From NCBI GenBank assembly GCA_020832305.1, contig JAFIEV010000042.1, forward strand, positions 140,607 to 204,606: 64,000 nucleotides of DNA, read 5' to 3'. Numbering within the stretch: position 1 is the first letter of the stretch; each line of letters opens with the position of its first letter. A model generated the notes under the pieces. The model was not told where the DNA came from. It made no database searches and saw only the letters and a program-made list of their open reading frames with translations. Below, in pieces: positions 39,629 to 49,004 of the stretch. A program made the position numbers and the translations under genes. Origin of the DNA: Cyclobacteriaceae bacterium. GTDB lineage: Bacteria > Bacteroidota > Bacteroidia > Cytophagales > Cyclobacteriaceae.

Positions 39629-39856
39629 ATGAAAGAAGAAAATCATGCAGACCAAAATGTCTGCGCTTATTTAAGGGCGAAAAATCCATTTGGCACACTT
39701 GAAGGCGGCGGTAATCCCTGGTTGCACCTCGATACGGCCAATACCATTTGCTGGTGTGTCAAAAGCCAGGGGCCCATAGGTCCTGATGCGCGTTATGTAG
39801 AACCAGCGCGATGCGTTAGCGGAAGGTCATGCTACACTTCCCCGGAGTTTTCGTAA
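39629..39856 (+). CDS. Small (75 aa) cysteine-rich hypothetical protein
   Basis: The ATG lies 3 nt after the FAD-subunit stop. The protein has five Cys residues (C12, C41, C43, C62, C68) and no signal peptide. The strong terminator (39882-39913) comes only after this ORF, so it is on the operon transcript. Confidence 0.5.
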   Translation: MKEENHADQNVCAYLRAKNPFGTLEGGGNPWLHLDTANTICWCVKSQGPIGPDARYVEPARCVSGRSCYTSPEFS

Positions 39857-39881
39857 TAAATTCAAAAAATTGAACTAATTT

Positions 39882-39915
39882 AAAGCGTCACAAACTATTT
39901 TTGTGGCGCTTTTGC
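39882..39915 (+). terminator. Rho-independent terminator of the Mo-hydroxylase operon
   Basis: AAAGCGTCACAAA (39882-39894) pairs with TTTGTGGCGCTTT (39900-39912). This gives a 13-bp stem with one G-U pair and a 5-nt loop, ending in a T-rich run. Confidence 0.7.
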
Positions 39916-39935
39916 TTGCAACCATCCGATACCTT

Positions 39936-40625
39936 ATGCGAAAAATTATTTTTCTTTTACTTTTTCTGGGGCATATAAGCATATATGCCCAACACAGTCC
40001 CGATACACTGGTAAATGTCCCCCGTTTTGAGGATGAGGTAAACTGGATTCAAAAACAAATTCGTTCCATAATTCCGAAAAGACCAAGAATATTATTTACC
40101 GGCAGTTCAAGTATTAAATTTTGGACTACCCTAAAAGAAGATATGCGGCCATTAAGTGCCGTAAATCATGGTTTTGGGGGCTCAACCCTTAAGGAAGTAC
40201 ACTATTACGCCGATAGAATAATTATTCCTGTAAAGCCAGATGCTATTGTATTATACGCCGGAGAAAATGACCTCAACAACCCCGATTTTTCAGCTAATCA
40301 GACTTTAGAGGATTTCAAAGAATTGTATTTCTATGTCAATGAAAAGCTTCCTGAAATAAAATGGTATTTTATTGCCATTAAGCTGTCCCCTTCCCGACAG
40401 CATCGCTGGGAAACCATGGAAGAAGCAAATCGTTTGATAGAAAAATTTGCAAATTCTCAGCAAAACCTCCATTTCATCGATGTAGTGACGCCGATGCGTG
40501 ATGAAAATGGGAAGGTAAGGGAAGACCTGTTTCTGGAAGATCGATTACACCTTAATGAAGCAGGTTATAAAATCTGGACGGATAACATCAAACCAGTAGT
40601 ACTTCAGGATTTTGACCTGAATTAA
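39936..40625 (+). CDS. SGNH/GDSL-type hydrolase, secreted
   Basis: The ATG at 39936 gives the signal peptide MRKIIFLLLFLGHISIYAQ. SGNH blocks are present: FTGSSS (I), GFGGST (II), GENDL (III) and DRLHLN (V). The track start at 39903 is a GTG inside the upstream terminator. Confidence 0.75.
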   Translation: MRKIIFLLLFLGHISIYAQHSPDTLVNVPRFEDEVNWIQKQIRSIIPKRPRILFTGSSSIKFWTTLKEDMRPLSAVNHGFGGSTLKEVHYYADRIIIPVKPDAIVLYAGENDLNNPDFSANQTLEDFKELYFYVNEKLPEIKWYFIAIKLSPSRQHRWETMEEANRLIEKFANSQQNLHFIDVVTPMRDENGKVREDLFLEDRLHLNEAGYKIWTDNIKPVVLQDFDLN

Positions 40626-40643
40626 CAGCTCAGAAATAAGGTT

Positions 40644-41474
40644 ATGCATCCTGTCTTATACGAATTTAAAACACCAGGCTTTTTGCAAGGTATATTTCCG
40701 GATACCATTAGCATCTATGCATATGGTACATTCATTGCATTAGGCGCCCTATTTGGGTATTTATACACAGCCCGGCAGGCCAGACTGCAATACAAGTTGC
40801 CCTATGAAGACACACAAATGCTGGTGGTAATCCTTATTGTTGCCGCGGTACTTGGAGGCAAGTTTTTTATTTTTTTTGAAAACCCTTCACGCTATCTGAG
40901 TGATCCGGGCCAGCTTTTCAAGAACTTTGGTTCAGGCTTTGTCTTTTACGGATCTTTACTCACAGGCATACCTGTAATGATATGGTTTTTCAAAATAAAA
41001 AAACTACCGGTCAGAGGCATGCTTGATATTATGGCAGTGACAACCTGTATCGTTCATGGTATGGGCAGAATGGGTTGTTTCTTTGCTGGCTGTTGTTATG
41101 GTACCCCCACAGAATCGAAAACAGCGGTTGTTTTTGGCAATGTGCAAAGTCTGGCACGCCCGCTTCATACACCATTGCATCCAACCCAATTATATGAGGC
41201 AAGTCTGATATTGTTTGTATTATTTATACTACTTTACTTCAAACGCAGTAAACAATTTGATGGTCAACTTTTTCTGATTTATCTGATACTATATGCCGCA
41301 GGCCGGTCTGTCAACGAAATTTTCAGGGGCGATCTGGACCGGGGTTTTGTAATAGGAGAATGGCTATCCAATGGACAGTTTGTTTCTATAATAATAATCA
41401 CCTGCGCATCCTACATGTATTTGCGCTTCCGGAAAAAAGCAGTGATCAAAGCTTTAGGGCACCATAAAGGATAG
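40644..41474 (+). CDS. lgt: Prolipoprotein diacylglyceryl transferase
   Basis: 276-aa polytopic protein. The N-terminus ISIYAYGTFIALGALFGY, the signature GRMGCFFAGCCYGTP and the later HPTQLYE motif are characteristic of Lgt. Confidence 0.9.
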   Translation: MHPVLYEFKTPGFLQGIFPDTISIYAYGTFIALGALFGYLYTARQARLQYKLPYEDTQMLVVILIVAAVLGGKFFIFFENPSRYLSDPGQLFKNFGSGFVFYGSLLTGIPVMIWFFKIKKLPVRGMLDIMAVTTCIVHGMGRMGCFFAGCCYGTPTESKTAVVFGNVQSLARPLHTPLHPTQLYEASLILFVLFILLYFKRSKQFDGQLFLIYLILYAAGRSVNEIFRGDLDRGFVIGEWLSNGQFVSIIIITCASYMYLRFRKKAVIKALGHHKG

Positions 41475-42332
41475 TTTTTCTTTTTCAACCGCTATACTAA
41501 ACGTTTTACCACACAACATTTCACCATCGATGTGACCGTACAAACCGATGTCACTTCTTATCTCAACATGGGAAGATTTTAAAAATGATACTTCAGGTAA
41601 ACCACCATGCGAACCGTCATTCAATTTAGACAGGTGCAACAACCTTCTGAGAATACTGATTTTTCTTATCAAGGCAATATCAAGGAGTCCATCATTACCC
41701 CTGGCATTAGGATTCATAACAAACCCTCCGCCAAATGTGGTCCCTTTTGCAACACTTACAGAAAAAATGTTCTCAGCCAGTAATTGATCATCCAGTTGAA
41801 TTTCAAAAAAAGGTTCTTTGTAGGAAAACAGCAATGCTAGTACCGTAGAATAATAGGCCAAATGACCATTGATTTTCTTTCTGCGTCTTTGCATTTTCTT
41901 TACTACCATACCATCGAATGAAAAACCAACCCCATTGATAAAACGACGACCATTGCATATTCCCAGATCGAATTTCGCTACCTGACCATCCAGACCAATT
42001 TCAAGCTGCCTTTTAAAGTCAAGACATCCATGAATCGATTTTACTGTATCATTACCTGTGCCATTGCTGACTATGGCGAGTTCATAATTAAAATGCGGCA
42101 GTGCATTAATTACATAATTAAGTGTTCCGTCACCTCCCAAAATAAAAATGCGCCTGAAGGTATCGGATTGACACAATAATGCCCCCAGTTTATTATCAAC
42201 ATCTTCAAGGTGCGTAAATACAATCTCATAATCAAGTTGTCTCCGTTCTAAGACATCCCTGAGCATGTTTAGTTTTGGCAGGTAAGTATGTCTTCCTGCT
42301 GCAGGGTTTACAACTATGAGATACTTTTCCAA
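41454..42332 (-). CDS. Diacylglycerol kinase catalytic-domain lipid kinase (YegS/BmrU family)
   Basis: 292-aa ORF with VVNPAAG, the GGDGTLNYV nucleotide motif and a C-terminal DGE. Its 3' end overlaps the lgt 3' end by 21 nt (convergent). Confidence 0.85.
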   Translation of the reverse strand: MEKYLIVVNPAAGRHTYLPKLNMLRDVLERRQLDYEIVFTHLEDVDNKLGALLCQSDTFRRIFILGGDGTLNYVINALPHFNYELAIVSNGTGNDTVKSIHGCLDFKRQLEIGLDGQVAKFDLGICNGRRFINGVGFSFDGMVVKKMQRRRKKINGHLAYYSTVLALLFSYKEPFFEIQLDDQLLAENIFSVSVAKGTTFGGGFVMNPNARGNDGLLDIALIRKISILRRLLHLSKLNDGSHGGLPEVSFLKSSHVEIRSDIGLYGHIDGEMLCGKTFSIAVEKEKLSFMVP

Positions 42333-42404
42333 ACATTTATTGCTTTACAGCCAAAAATGCATTATTCCGGCATAAAAAGCAATACCCACGGTGAGGAGGT
42401 ATTA

Positions 42405-42695
42405 TTATTGGATTTTGGCATCAATGCCTGCATTTAGTATACCTGTTTTCATGGGCTTGAGCACATCTTCAGGCCCTTTTTTTACAGCACACTTACCTTT
42501 AAAATGAATAAGCCAGGTACATTGCTCTGCCTGTTCCGGGCTGTGATTACATACTTTGATCAAAGTTTTAATAACATGATCAAAAGTATTAAAATCATCA
42601 TTGTAAACAACCAGGCTTTTTTCGAGGTCTTCATCCTCATCTACTAAGACTTCTACCTCGGTGATCGTTTTTTCAAGATAGGATGAATAAATCAT
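42405..42695 (-). CDS. clpS: ATP-dependent Clp protease adaptor protein ClpS
   Basis: The core LVVYNDDFNTFDHVIKTLIKVC.HSPEQAEQCTWLIHFKGKCAVKKG is characteristic of ClpS. The ATG at 42695 gives about 96 aa, and the track start at 42737 is probably too far upstream. Confidence 0.85.
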   Translation of the reverse strand: MIYSSYLEKTITEVEVLVDEDEDLEKSLVVYNDDFNTFDHVIKTLIKVCNHSPEQAEQCTWLIHFKGKCAVKKGPEDVLKPMKTGILNAGIDAKIQ

Positions 42696-42795
42696 ACAAA
42701 ATGATAAATTTTTGTTAATTGAAATGGTTAATGACAAATTTGTTGCAAATATAAGAAAAAAATCTTCATTTTTGGAGTCTTTGAATCATAAAAAC

Positions 42796-44250
42796 ATGAG
42801 CCCTTATCTTGTATTGACCTTATTATCAGGGTATTTTATAGTGCTGTTGTTGATTTCCCGCTTTACTTCAAAAGGTTCAAACACTAATACATTTTTTACA
42901 GCCAATCGTCAGTCTCCCTGGTATCTTGTGGCATTCGGAATGATTGGCGCCTCACTATCAGGGGTAACTTTTATTTCGGTGCCTGGAGAAGTTGGTGCTA
43001 GTCAGTTTACTTATTACCAGGTGGTCATCGGTTATTTATTGGGTTATTTTGTGGTAGCCAAGGTGCTGCTTCCTTTGTATTACCGCATGCAGCTGGTCTC
43101 AATTTATGGATATCTTGAAAGCAGGTTTGGCTTTTGGTCTTACAAAACCGGTGCTTTCTTCTTTTTACTGAGTCGAACCATTGGAACTGCATTCAGGGTT
43201 TTTCTGGTCGCCAGCGTTTTGCATTTTGGATTGCTTCAAAACTGGGGACTGCCTTTTGGCCTGACTGTTTTTATAACCATTTTTCTGATTTGGATTTATA
43301 CTTTCAGAGGAGGAATTAAAACCATTGTGTATACCGATACCCTTCAAACGCTTTTCATGCTCCTGGCGGTGGCCATTAGTATTTTAATTATTCAGAAGGA
43401 ATTGGATATAAGCTTGATGTCTTTGCCGGCAGCGATTTCAGAAAGTGGATATGGCAGAATTTTTGAATGGGATTGGCGCAGCGGTCAAAACTTTTTCAAG
43501 CAGTTTTTTTCTGGTGCATTTATCGTGATCGTTATGACCGGTCTCGACCAGGATATGATGCAAAAAAACCTTACGTGCCGTAGTTTACCGGAAGCTCAAA
43601 AAAATATGCTGTGGTTTAGCCTCTCCCTTCTTTTGATAAATCTTATGTTTCTGGCGCTGGGTGCTTTGTTGTTTATGTATGCCGGTCATCATGATATTGC
43701 AGTGCCCAGCCGTACCGACGATTTATATCCTATGCTTGCTATTGATCATTTCAGTACTTTAGCTGGAGTATTCTTTATCCTTGGTATTATTGCCGCTGCG
43801 TATTCCAGCGCCGATTCAGCCCTCACAGCGCTTACTACTTCATTTTGTGTGGATTTCCTTCAATTCGAACGTAAGGAAGAAGCTTTGCGAAAGCGAACCC
43901 GCATAGTGGTTCACATTGGGTTTTCTTTTCTGGTACTGGTGGTTATTATGATTTTCAAGGCTTTGAATGATGAAAGTGTGATCAATTCCTTGTTTAAAAT
44001 TGCAGGTTATACCTACGGGCCCTTACTGGGACTATTTAGCTATGGTTTATTCACTAAAAAACCTTTACGCGACAAATGGGTACCCCTGGTTTGTACAATT
44101 TCCATTATTATGTCTTACCTGCTCAATTTGAATTCAGAACAGTGGCTGAATGGCTACAAGTTTGGTTTTGAATTGCTCATTGTCAATGGATTTTTTACTT
44201 TTACTGGTCTTTGGTTATTGTCTCTGGGAGTCAGGCCGAGCGAAAATTAA
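42796..44250 (+). CDS. Sodium:solute symporter family transporter
   Basis: Polytopic protein with FFTANRQSPWYLVAFGMIGASLSGVTFISVPG, an SSS signature. The start is chosen at ATG 42796, and the track start at 42712 would overlap clpS. Confidence 0.8.
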   Translation: MSPYLVLTLLSGYFIVLLLISRFTSKGSNTNTFFTANRQSPWYLVAFGMIGASLSGVTFISVPGEVGASQFTYYQVVIGYLLGYFVVAKVLLPLYYRMQLVSIYGYLESRFGFWSYKTGAFFFLLSRTIGTAFRVFLVASVLHFGLLQNWGLPFGLTVFITIFLIWIYTFRGGIKTIVYTDTLQTLFMLLAVAISILIIQKELDISLMSLPAAISESGYGRIFEWDWRSGQNFFKQFFSGAFIVIVMTGLDQDMMQKNLTCRSLPEAQKNMLWFSLSLLLINLMFLALGALLFMYAGHHDIAVPSRTDDLYPMLAIDHFSTLAGVFFILGIIAAAYSSADSALTALTTSFCVDFLQFERKEEALRKRTRIVVHIGFSFLVLVVIMIFKALNDESVINSLFKIAGYTYGPLLGLFSYGLFTKKPLRDKWVPLVCTISIIMSYLLNLNSEQWLNGYKFGFELLIVNGFFTFTGLWLLSLGVRPSEN

Positions 44251-44451
44251 GAATATAAAAACCGGATGTCAAAAAAACGCAAAGAGGGAAACCTTTATCT
44301 TTTTTATAGAATCGTTTAATCGTGCACAATTCATAGTTCATAGCTTGTAGTGACTTATTCATCCTTTTGGCTTTGAGCTTTCTCTTCCTATGGACTTCGT
44401 TTCCGGGAAAGTTATCGCCCAAGTCCCACATCACAGTATAGGCACTACAGA

Positions 44452-45576
44452 TTAGGACTCAGGAACTGCGAGCTCATATTTAGATTGAGGCAACTCTTTA
44501 CCTTGCCCCAGGATTTTAAGCATTTGTGTATGCTTTTTTAAGGCGCTGAAAAAATTGGGTTCAGCCTGATAGCGTACTCCAAACTCTTCTGCTGTTTGTT
44601 TTACAATTCCAGCAATGGCGGGATAGTGTACATGGCAAATATTAGGGAATAAATGGTGTTCTATCTGATAATTGAGTCCCCCTACATACCAGGTAAACCA
44701 TTTACTGTTATTTGCAAAATTGGTAGTCGTTTCCATCTGATGAATGGTCCAGTCATTTTCAATATTTCCTTCATCATCAGGCTCCGGATAGCTTGTGCCT
44801 GCAATAACATGAGCAGGCTGGAAAATAATTGCCAGTATAAATCCTGCTACATAGTGCATAGTCAGAAAACCTACCACAACCTGGACCCAGGTGACAGGTA
44901 AAAGCCAAAGAGGCAGGAGAAATAAATATCCCAAATAAAAAACCTTGGTTAAAATTAATATCGACCACTCCTTTACGGCGGTGGTTTTTTGTCTTTGTAA
45001 ATGGCCCTCTTTTTGATAATTGTACAATCTAGAGTAATCCTTTATCAGTACCCACACAATGGTCATTAAACCATAAAAAAACCAGGCGTACCAATGTTGA
45101 TATCGGTGCATGAATTTGAGGTCTGATCCCGGTGCCATCCTAAGCACACCTCGCGGACTAATATCTTCATCCTCTTCATGAATGTTGGTATAGGTATGGT
45201 GCTTTACATTGTGTTGAATTTTCCAGTTCATGGCACTTCCACCTACAAGATTTAATGAATAACCCAGCCAGCGATTCACCCAATCGTGCCGGCTATATGA
45301 TCCATGATTTGCATCGTGCATTACCGATAAACCAATACCTGCAACACCTAAACCCATAACGACTGTAAGCAGCCACAATACTAAAAGATTGTGGGTAATT
45401 CCACTTAGTATAAAGGCAAATGGAATAAAATAAAGTAAAAACATAAAAACCGTTTTGTATCTCATTTGAGCATTAGCCCTTCGATCAATACCATTGGTTT
45501 TAAAATACTGATTTACTCTACTGTGGAGGGTACTAGTAAAATCCCTCTTATTATTAGCAAAATGAATTTTCTGCAT
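44452..45576 (-). CDS. Membrane fatty acid desaturase, front-end (DesD/delta-6-like) type
   Basis: The three His boxes are HDANH, HNVKHH and QIEHH, where Q replaces H in box 3 as in front-end desaturases. There are four TM segments and no cytochrome b5 domain. Confidence 0.8.
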   Translation of the reverse strand: MQKIHFANNKRDFTSTLHSRVNQYFKTNGIDRRANAQMRYKTVFMFLLYFIPFAFILSGITHNLLVLWLLTVVMGLGVAGIGLSVMHDANHGSYSRHDWVNRWLGYSLNLVGGSAMNWKIQHNVKHHTYTNIHEEDEDISPRGVLRMAPGSDLKFMHRYQHWYAWFFYGLMTIVWVLIKDYSRLYNYQKEGHLQRQKTTAVKEWSILILTKVFYLGYLFLLPLWLLPVTWVQVVVGFLTMHYVAGFILAIIFQPAHVIAGTSYPEPDDEGNIENDWTIHQMETTTNFANNSKWFTWYVGGLNYQIEHHLFPNICHVHYPAIAGIVKQTAEEFGVRYQAEPNFFSALKKHTQMLKILGQGKELPQSKYELAVPES

Positions 45577-45983
45577 GTTATGCCTTAATAATTTAATTGA
45601 GTCCTTATGCTAAATTTGAGCATTAGGTTAATAAACGGATAGTAATAAGTTTGGCAGGTGTGTCACAAAGGTACGCAATTAATTATAATAATATTGGATT
45701 ATTATTAAACTATTTCCTAACCAAAAGAAATGAGTTAAATATAATCAATTGAATTACAGACTTATACCTGAGAAGACAATTCCCTTAACATCAGTTTCAT
45801 TTTGCTTCATACGAGGCTCTGGATGTAAATGGTCTGCCAAAAAAACTTCACTCCTCATGAATGATCCAATTGGTTTTTGCTCTCTGCGTTGGAGCTGGCG
45901 TCCGAGTCCTGAACGAAGCACATGTCGAAAATGTGACTCATTTTACAAAATTTGGGCTTTACCGGGCTTTAACCAAACTCTAA

Positions 45984-46016
45984 TCAAAAAGAGCAGCACC
46001 TTTCACAGATGCTGCC
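45984..46016 (-). terminator. Rho-independent terminator of the V-ATPase operon
   Basis: On the minus strand: GCAGCA, an 11-nt loop, TGCTGC, then TCTTTTTGATT (plus-strand coordinates 45993-45998 and 46010-46015). It lies about 25 nt after the K-subunit stop. Confidence 0.55.
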
Positions 46017-46039
46017 CGTATTATCTAAATAAATTACAC

Positions 46040-46504
46040 TTAGGCTATAAGACCGGCAATAAGGAATACTCCGGCAAAGGCCACAATGGCATATAACTCA
46101 GGGAATACAGCCATAATCAGCGTTTGGGCAAACACTTTATTACCAGAACCGATGGCATCAATGCCACTGGCACAAACCCTGCCCTGGTACATACCAGACA
46201 ATAAACCCGCCAGACCAAGGGCTATACCGGCACCAAGGATACCCGCACCTTGAAGTAAGGTAATGTTGGTACTTAGGTAACCCTGTAAGATATAAAATCC
46301 ACCGAAACCATATAAACCCTGGGTTCCGGGTAAGGCCGCTAAAACCAGGTAGGAACCAAATGCGTCTTTGTTTTTACGAAGGGCACCTACTGTGGTCATA
46401 CCACCTAAAGCCGTACCTATAGCACTTCCAATGCCAGGCAGGCCAATGATAAGACCTACACCAATAAAAGCCAGTATCAGGGGGAGATTTTCTACACTTT
46501 CCAT
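46040..46504 (-). CDS. ntpK: V-type ATP synthase subunit K (16-kDa proteolipid, 4 TM)
   Basis: 154-aa ORF. It aligns with my recollection of Enterococcus hirae NtpK: LPGTQGLYGF, SGMYQGRVCASGI and FPELYAIVAF. Confidence 0.9.
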   Translation of the reverse strand: MESVENLPLILAFIGVGLIIGLPGIGSAIGTALGGMTTVGALRKNKDAFGSYLVLAALPGTQGLYGFGGFYILQGYLSTNITLLQGAGILGAGIALGLAGLLSGMYQGRVCASGIDAIGSGNKVFAQTLIMAVFPELYAIVAFAGVFLIAGLIA

Positions 46505-46543
46505 AATGTTCGTTAGTTATAAGTTTCTGTTCAAAAAATTTTT

Positions 46544-48376
46544 CTAGTTATCAATTAAAGCTTCTTTTCTGAAAGGCTTGTAGGGGATACCTCCTCCTTT
46601 AAAACCTGCATTATTGTAAAATTCAACAAAAGTCAATCTTAGAGGATGCACAAAAGCGCCCAATGAAGCAAGTGCCAGGTTTAGACCATGCCCTGCAATC
46701 AGGAACAGCACTGCACCAACAATACCGATTATCCCAGCACCCTCCATCATTTGCATACCTATCTGGTTAACAACCAGCCCCAGGATGGAAGATGCCACTC
46801 CAAGTGCAAAGAGGCGAATATAAGAAAGAGAATCGCCCATAAGACCTGTTAGGATAAAGTACAATGGCAGTACACCGCCTCCAACCCGACTGAGAAATGG
46901 TTGATCAGGATCGTGAAAAGCGAGTACCATCAATACACCTAAAATCATCATGGCACCACCAGCGCTGGTAAAGGGCACAAAGAAAGCTACCTCCTGCATG
47001 GCACCAAGAAAAATAACGATAGTACCAAACATCAAAAAGAACTTTCCAAATCCATACAAACTGTAAATAAAACCATCATAAACCCAGCGTTTCCAGGTAA
47101 AAATGATTACGCCCGTGAAGATCTGCACTAAACCTATCATAAGAGCAACATTAAATGGATTGAAAATCGTCTCATCATCGGTAAGAAACACAAAATCAGA
47201 AAGAAATGAAAAGAATGTCAATTCTTTCAGTTCCAGGATTTTCATTCCAAAAATCACCCCTGAGTTTACAATACCCATTAACATGGTAACGATTCCAAGA
47301 ATTACGCCCAACAAGGCAATATTTCTCATTTCACGCATATAGGTAAAATAGCCTATACCCGCTACAACGACAAAGATGAGACCATATCCTGAATCGCCCA
47401 GACAATAGGCAAAAAACAAGGGATAAAAAACCGCTATCATAGGGGTCAGGTCAAATTCATAGTAATCAGGCAGCTGGAAAATCTTTGTAATGGATTCAAA
47501 TACTTTAGGATACTTTTTGTTTTTTAAAATAACCGGTATTTTGTCATCCTTTTCAGGGAGATTCACATCGTAAGCAATTTTTTCCTCATTCAAAAACCCA
47601 GTTACCCGATTTTCAATGGAAGAGGGAAACCATCCATTGATTTTGAGGATTTTACCTTCAGCGATAGCCTGGAGGCTAGTGTCTGCCACCATTCTCTCAA
47701 GTTGATCATTTGTTAAGAGCAGATGCTTTTTCAACAATGACCTATGAACTGCCACAGCTTTGATTTCGTTTTGCAGCGATTCCAGTTCCCTAAGATACTC
47801 CCTTCTTTTATCAATAATACTTGAAAGCGAAGTTTCAGGTAATAAAATCAATTCAAATGGCAAGTCTCCAGCTCCATTGCGGCTAAAAACCACAAAATAT
47901 ACCTGCGTCTTGGTCTGGCTGATCATTGTTGCAACCTGATCACCAAAATCAAAATTTTCAAATTCCCGTTTACCGGATGTATAAAAACTTGTTTGTATGC
48001 CTATTTTCTCAAGTCGCTGTATTTTCTCCCAAGAAAATTCACCCCAAACAGCAAGGGATTCTTCTTCCTTTCTCAAGACCTCCAGTTTGTGTTCGAGCTG
48101 CTCCGTCTGTTCATTAAGATCAAGCACACGCTTTAGCAAAGCTTCTGCATCTTTATCGCTCTGAGCTGATATTGAAGACACAGCTGAGGCAGACTTTAAC
48201 ACCTCAAGGGCTTTTTGAATATCACTTTGCTTTTCGAGAAGTGCGTCTATGTCTTGATGACCCTCAGGAATCTCAGCTTCAAGGTGCACTACACCCAGTT
48301 CCTGTAATTTTGAGAGTACCTGATCTTTTTCCTGGTGAAAAAGAAGCAAGGTAAGCTTTTTCATTTTCTCTTTCAT
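46544..48376 (-). CDS. ntpI: V-type ATP synthase subunit I (a-subunit)
   Basis: 610-aa ORF with an N-terminal coiled-coil cytoplasmic half and a C-terminal polytopic half containing the conserved Arg region (LSYIRLFALG). Confidence 0.85.
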   Translation of the reverse strand: MKEKMKKLTLLLFHQEKDQVLSKLQELGVVHLEAEIPEGHQDIDALLEKQSDIQKALEVLKSASAVSSISAQSDKDAEALLKRVLDLNEQTEQLEHKLEVLRKEEESLAVWGEFSWEKIQRLEKIGIQTSFYTSGKREFENFDFGDQVATMISQTKTQVYFVVFSRNGAGDLPFELILLPETSLSSIIDKRREYLRELESLQNEIKAVAVHRSLLKKHLLLTNDQLERMVADTSLQAIAEGKILKINGWFPSSIENRVTGFLNEEKIAYDVNLPEKDDKIPVILKNKKYPKVFESITKIFQLPDYYEFDLTPMIAVFYPLFFAYCLGDSGYGLIFVVVAGIGYFTYMREMRNIALLGVILGIVTMLMGIVNSGVIFGMKILELKELTFFSFLSDFVFLTDDETIFNPFNVALMIGLVQIFTGVIIFTWKRWVYDGFIYSLYGFGKFFLMFGTIVIFLGAMQEVAFFVPFTSAGGAMMILGVLMVLAFHDPDQPFLSRVGGGVLPLYFILTGLMGDSLSYIRLFALGVASSILGLVVNQIGMQMMEGAGIIGIVGAVLFLIAGHGLNLALASLGAFVHPLRLTFVEFYNNAGFKGGGIPYKPFRKEALIDN

Positions 48377-48969
48377 ACGGCAACCTCCCCTGTAGTTCTT
48401 GCTTTAACAATTTTCTGTGCAGATTTTGAAAGGTTTTCTTCATCTTCCAGATACCTTTTAATTCTAATCAGGCCTTCTTTAAACATTGGTATCTGTACTT
48501 TTTCATACAGATTCACCTTTTGTGTTGTTTTTTTACGTGCCTGATTGAGAATTTCAAACTGCTTTTCAACAATTTTGATCTCTATCATCCGCTTAACAAG
48601 CATTTTAAGCTGATCAGCACCCCAGAAAACCCAGGCCGGACGATGGAAGTAGCTTATATCAGCTGTTTCAAAGCTCACCTCTTCAAGAATGGGTATTTTT
48701 ACACCGGCGATGTTTTTGCGCAATACTTCCGTTTTTACCAACTTTAGAATAGGAGGGAATTCATGCCAGAGAACGTCTGCATTTCCAACCTTTTTCAGCA
48801 ATTCGTCAAATTCTTCTTTTAGTTGAAGTACTTTATCAGAAGCTTTTTTTACCTCAAGGCGCAAGGCTGTTTCCTTACTTTTAAGGGTAGGTAAGGCTTT
48901 TTCCCGCACAGCCAATTGCTTTTTGAGCTGCTGAACAAATGTTTTATTATATTGAAGCTTTAATGCCAT
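48373..48969 (-). CDS. ntpD: V-type ATP synthase subunit D
   Basis: 198-aa ORF. The N-terminus LKLQYNKTFVQQLKKQL..REKALPTLKSKE is typical of the V/A-ATPase D central stalk. There is a 4-nt overlap with subunit I. Confidence 0.85.
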   Translation of the reverse strand: MALKLQYNKTFVQQLKKQLAVREKALPTLKSKETALRLEVKKASDKVLQLKEEFDELLKKVGNADVLWHEFPPILKLVKTEVLRKNIAGVKIPILEEVSFETADISYFHRPAWVFWGADQLKMLVKRMIEIKIVEKQFEILNQARKKTTQKVNLYEKVQIPMFKEGLIRIKRYLEDEENLSKSAQKIVKARTTGEVAV

Positions 48970-49004
48970 AATTTCTGTCGATTATTTCCATAAAGACTCA
49001 GGCC

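Noticed and set aside
39896-39903. TAnnTTTG match (TATTTTTG) that could be a promoter for the SGNH hydrolase gene.
   Set aside because: It lies in the loop and 3' arm of the strong terminator hairpin of the upstream operon. I cannot separate promoter function from a chance match, so it is not listed as a promoter.
44150-44434. Two overlapping small ORFs (66 and 67 aa) between the symporter and desaturase genes.
   Set aside because: I recognise no family. One overlaps the symporter 3' end and they overlap each other on opposite strands. I considered a gene remnant such as GIY-YIG, but the motif order does not fit.
45749-46096. 115-aa plus-strand ORF upstream of the desaturase.
   Set aside because: It runs through the V-ATPase terminator hairpin and into the K-subunit gene on the opposite strand. 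Its composition is Cys/Ser/Arg-rich and not protein-like.
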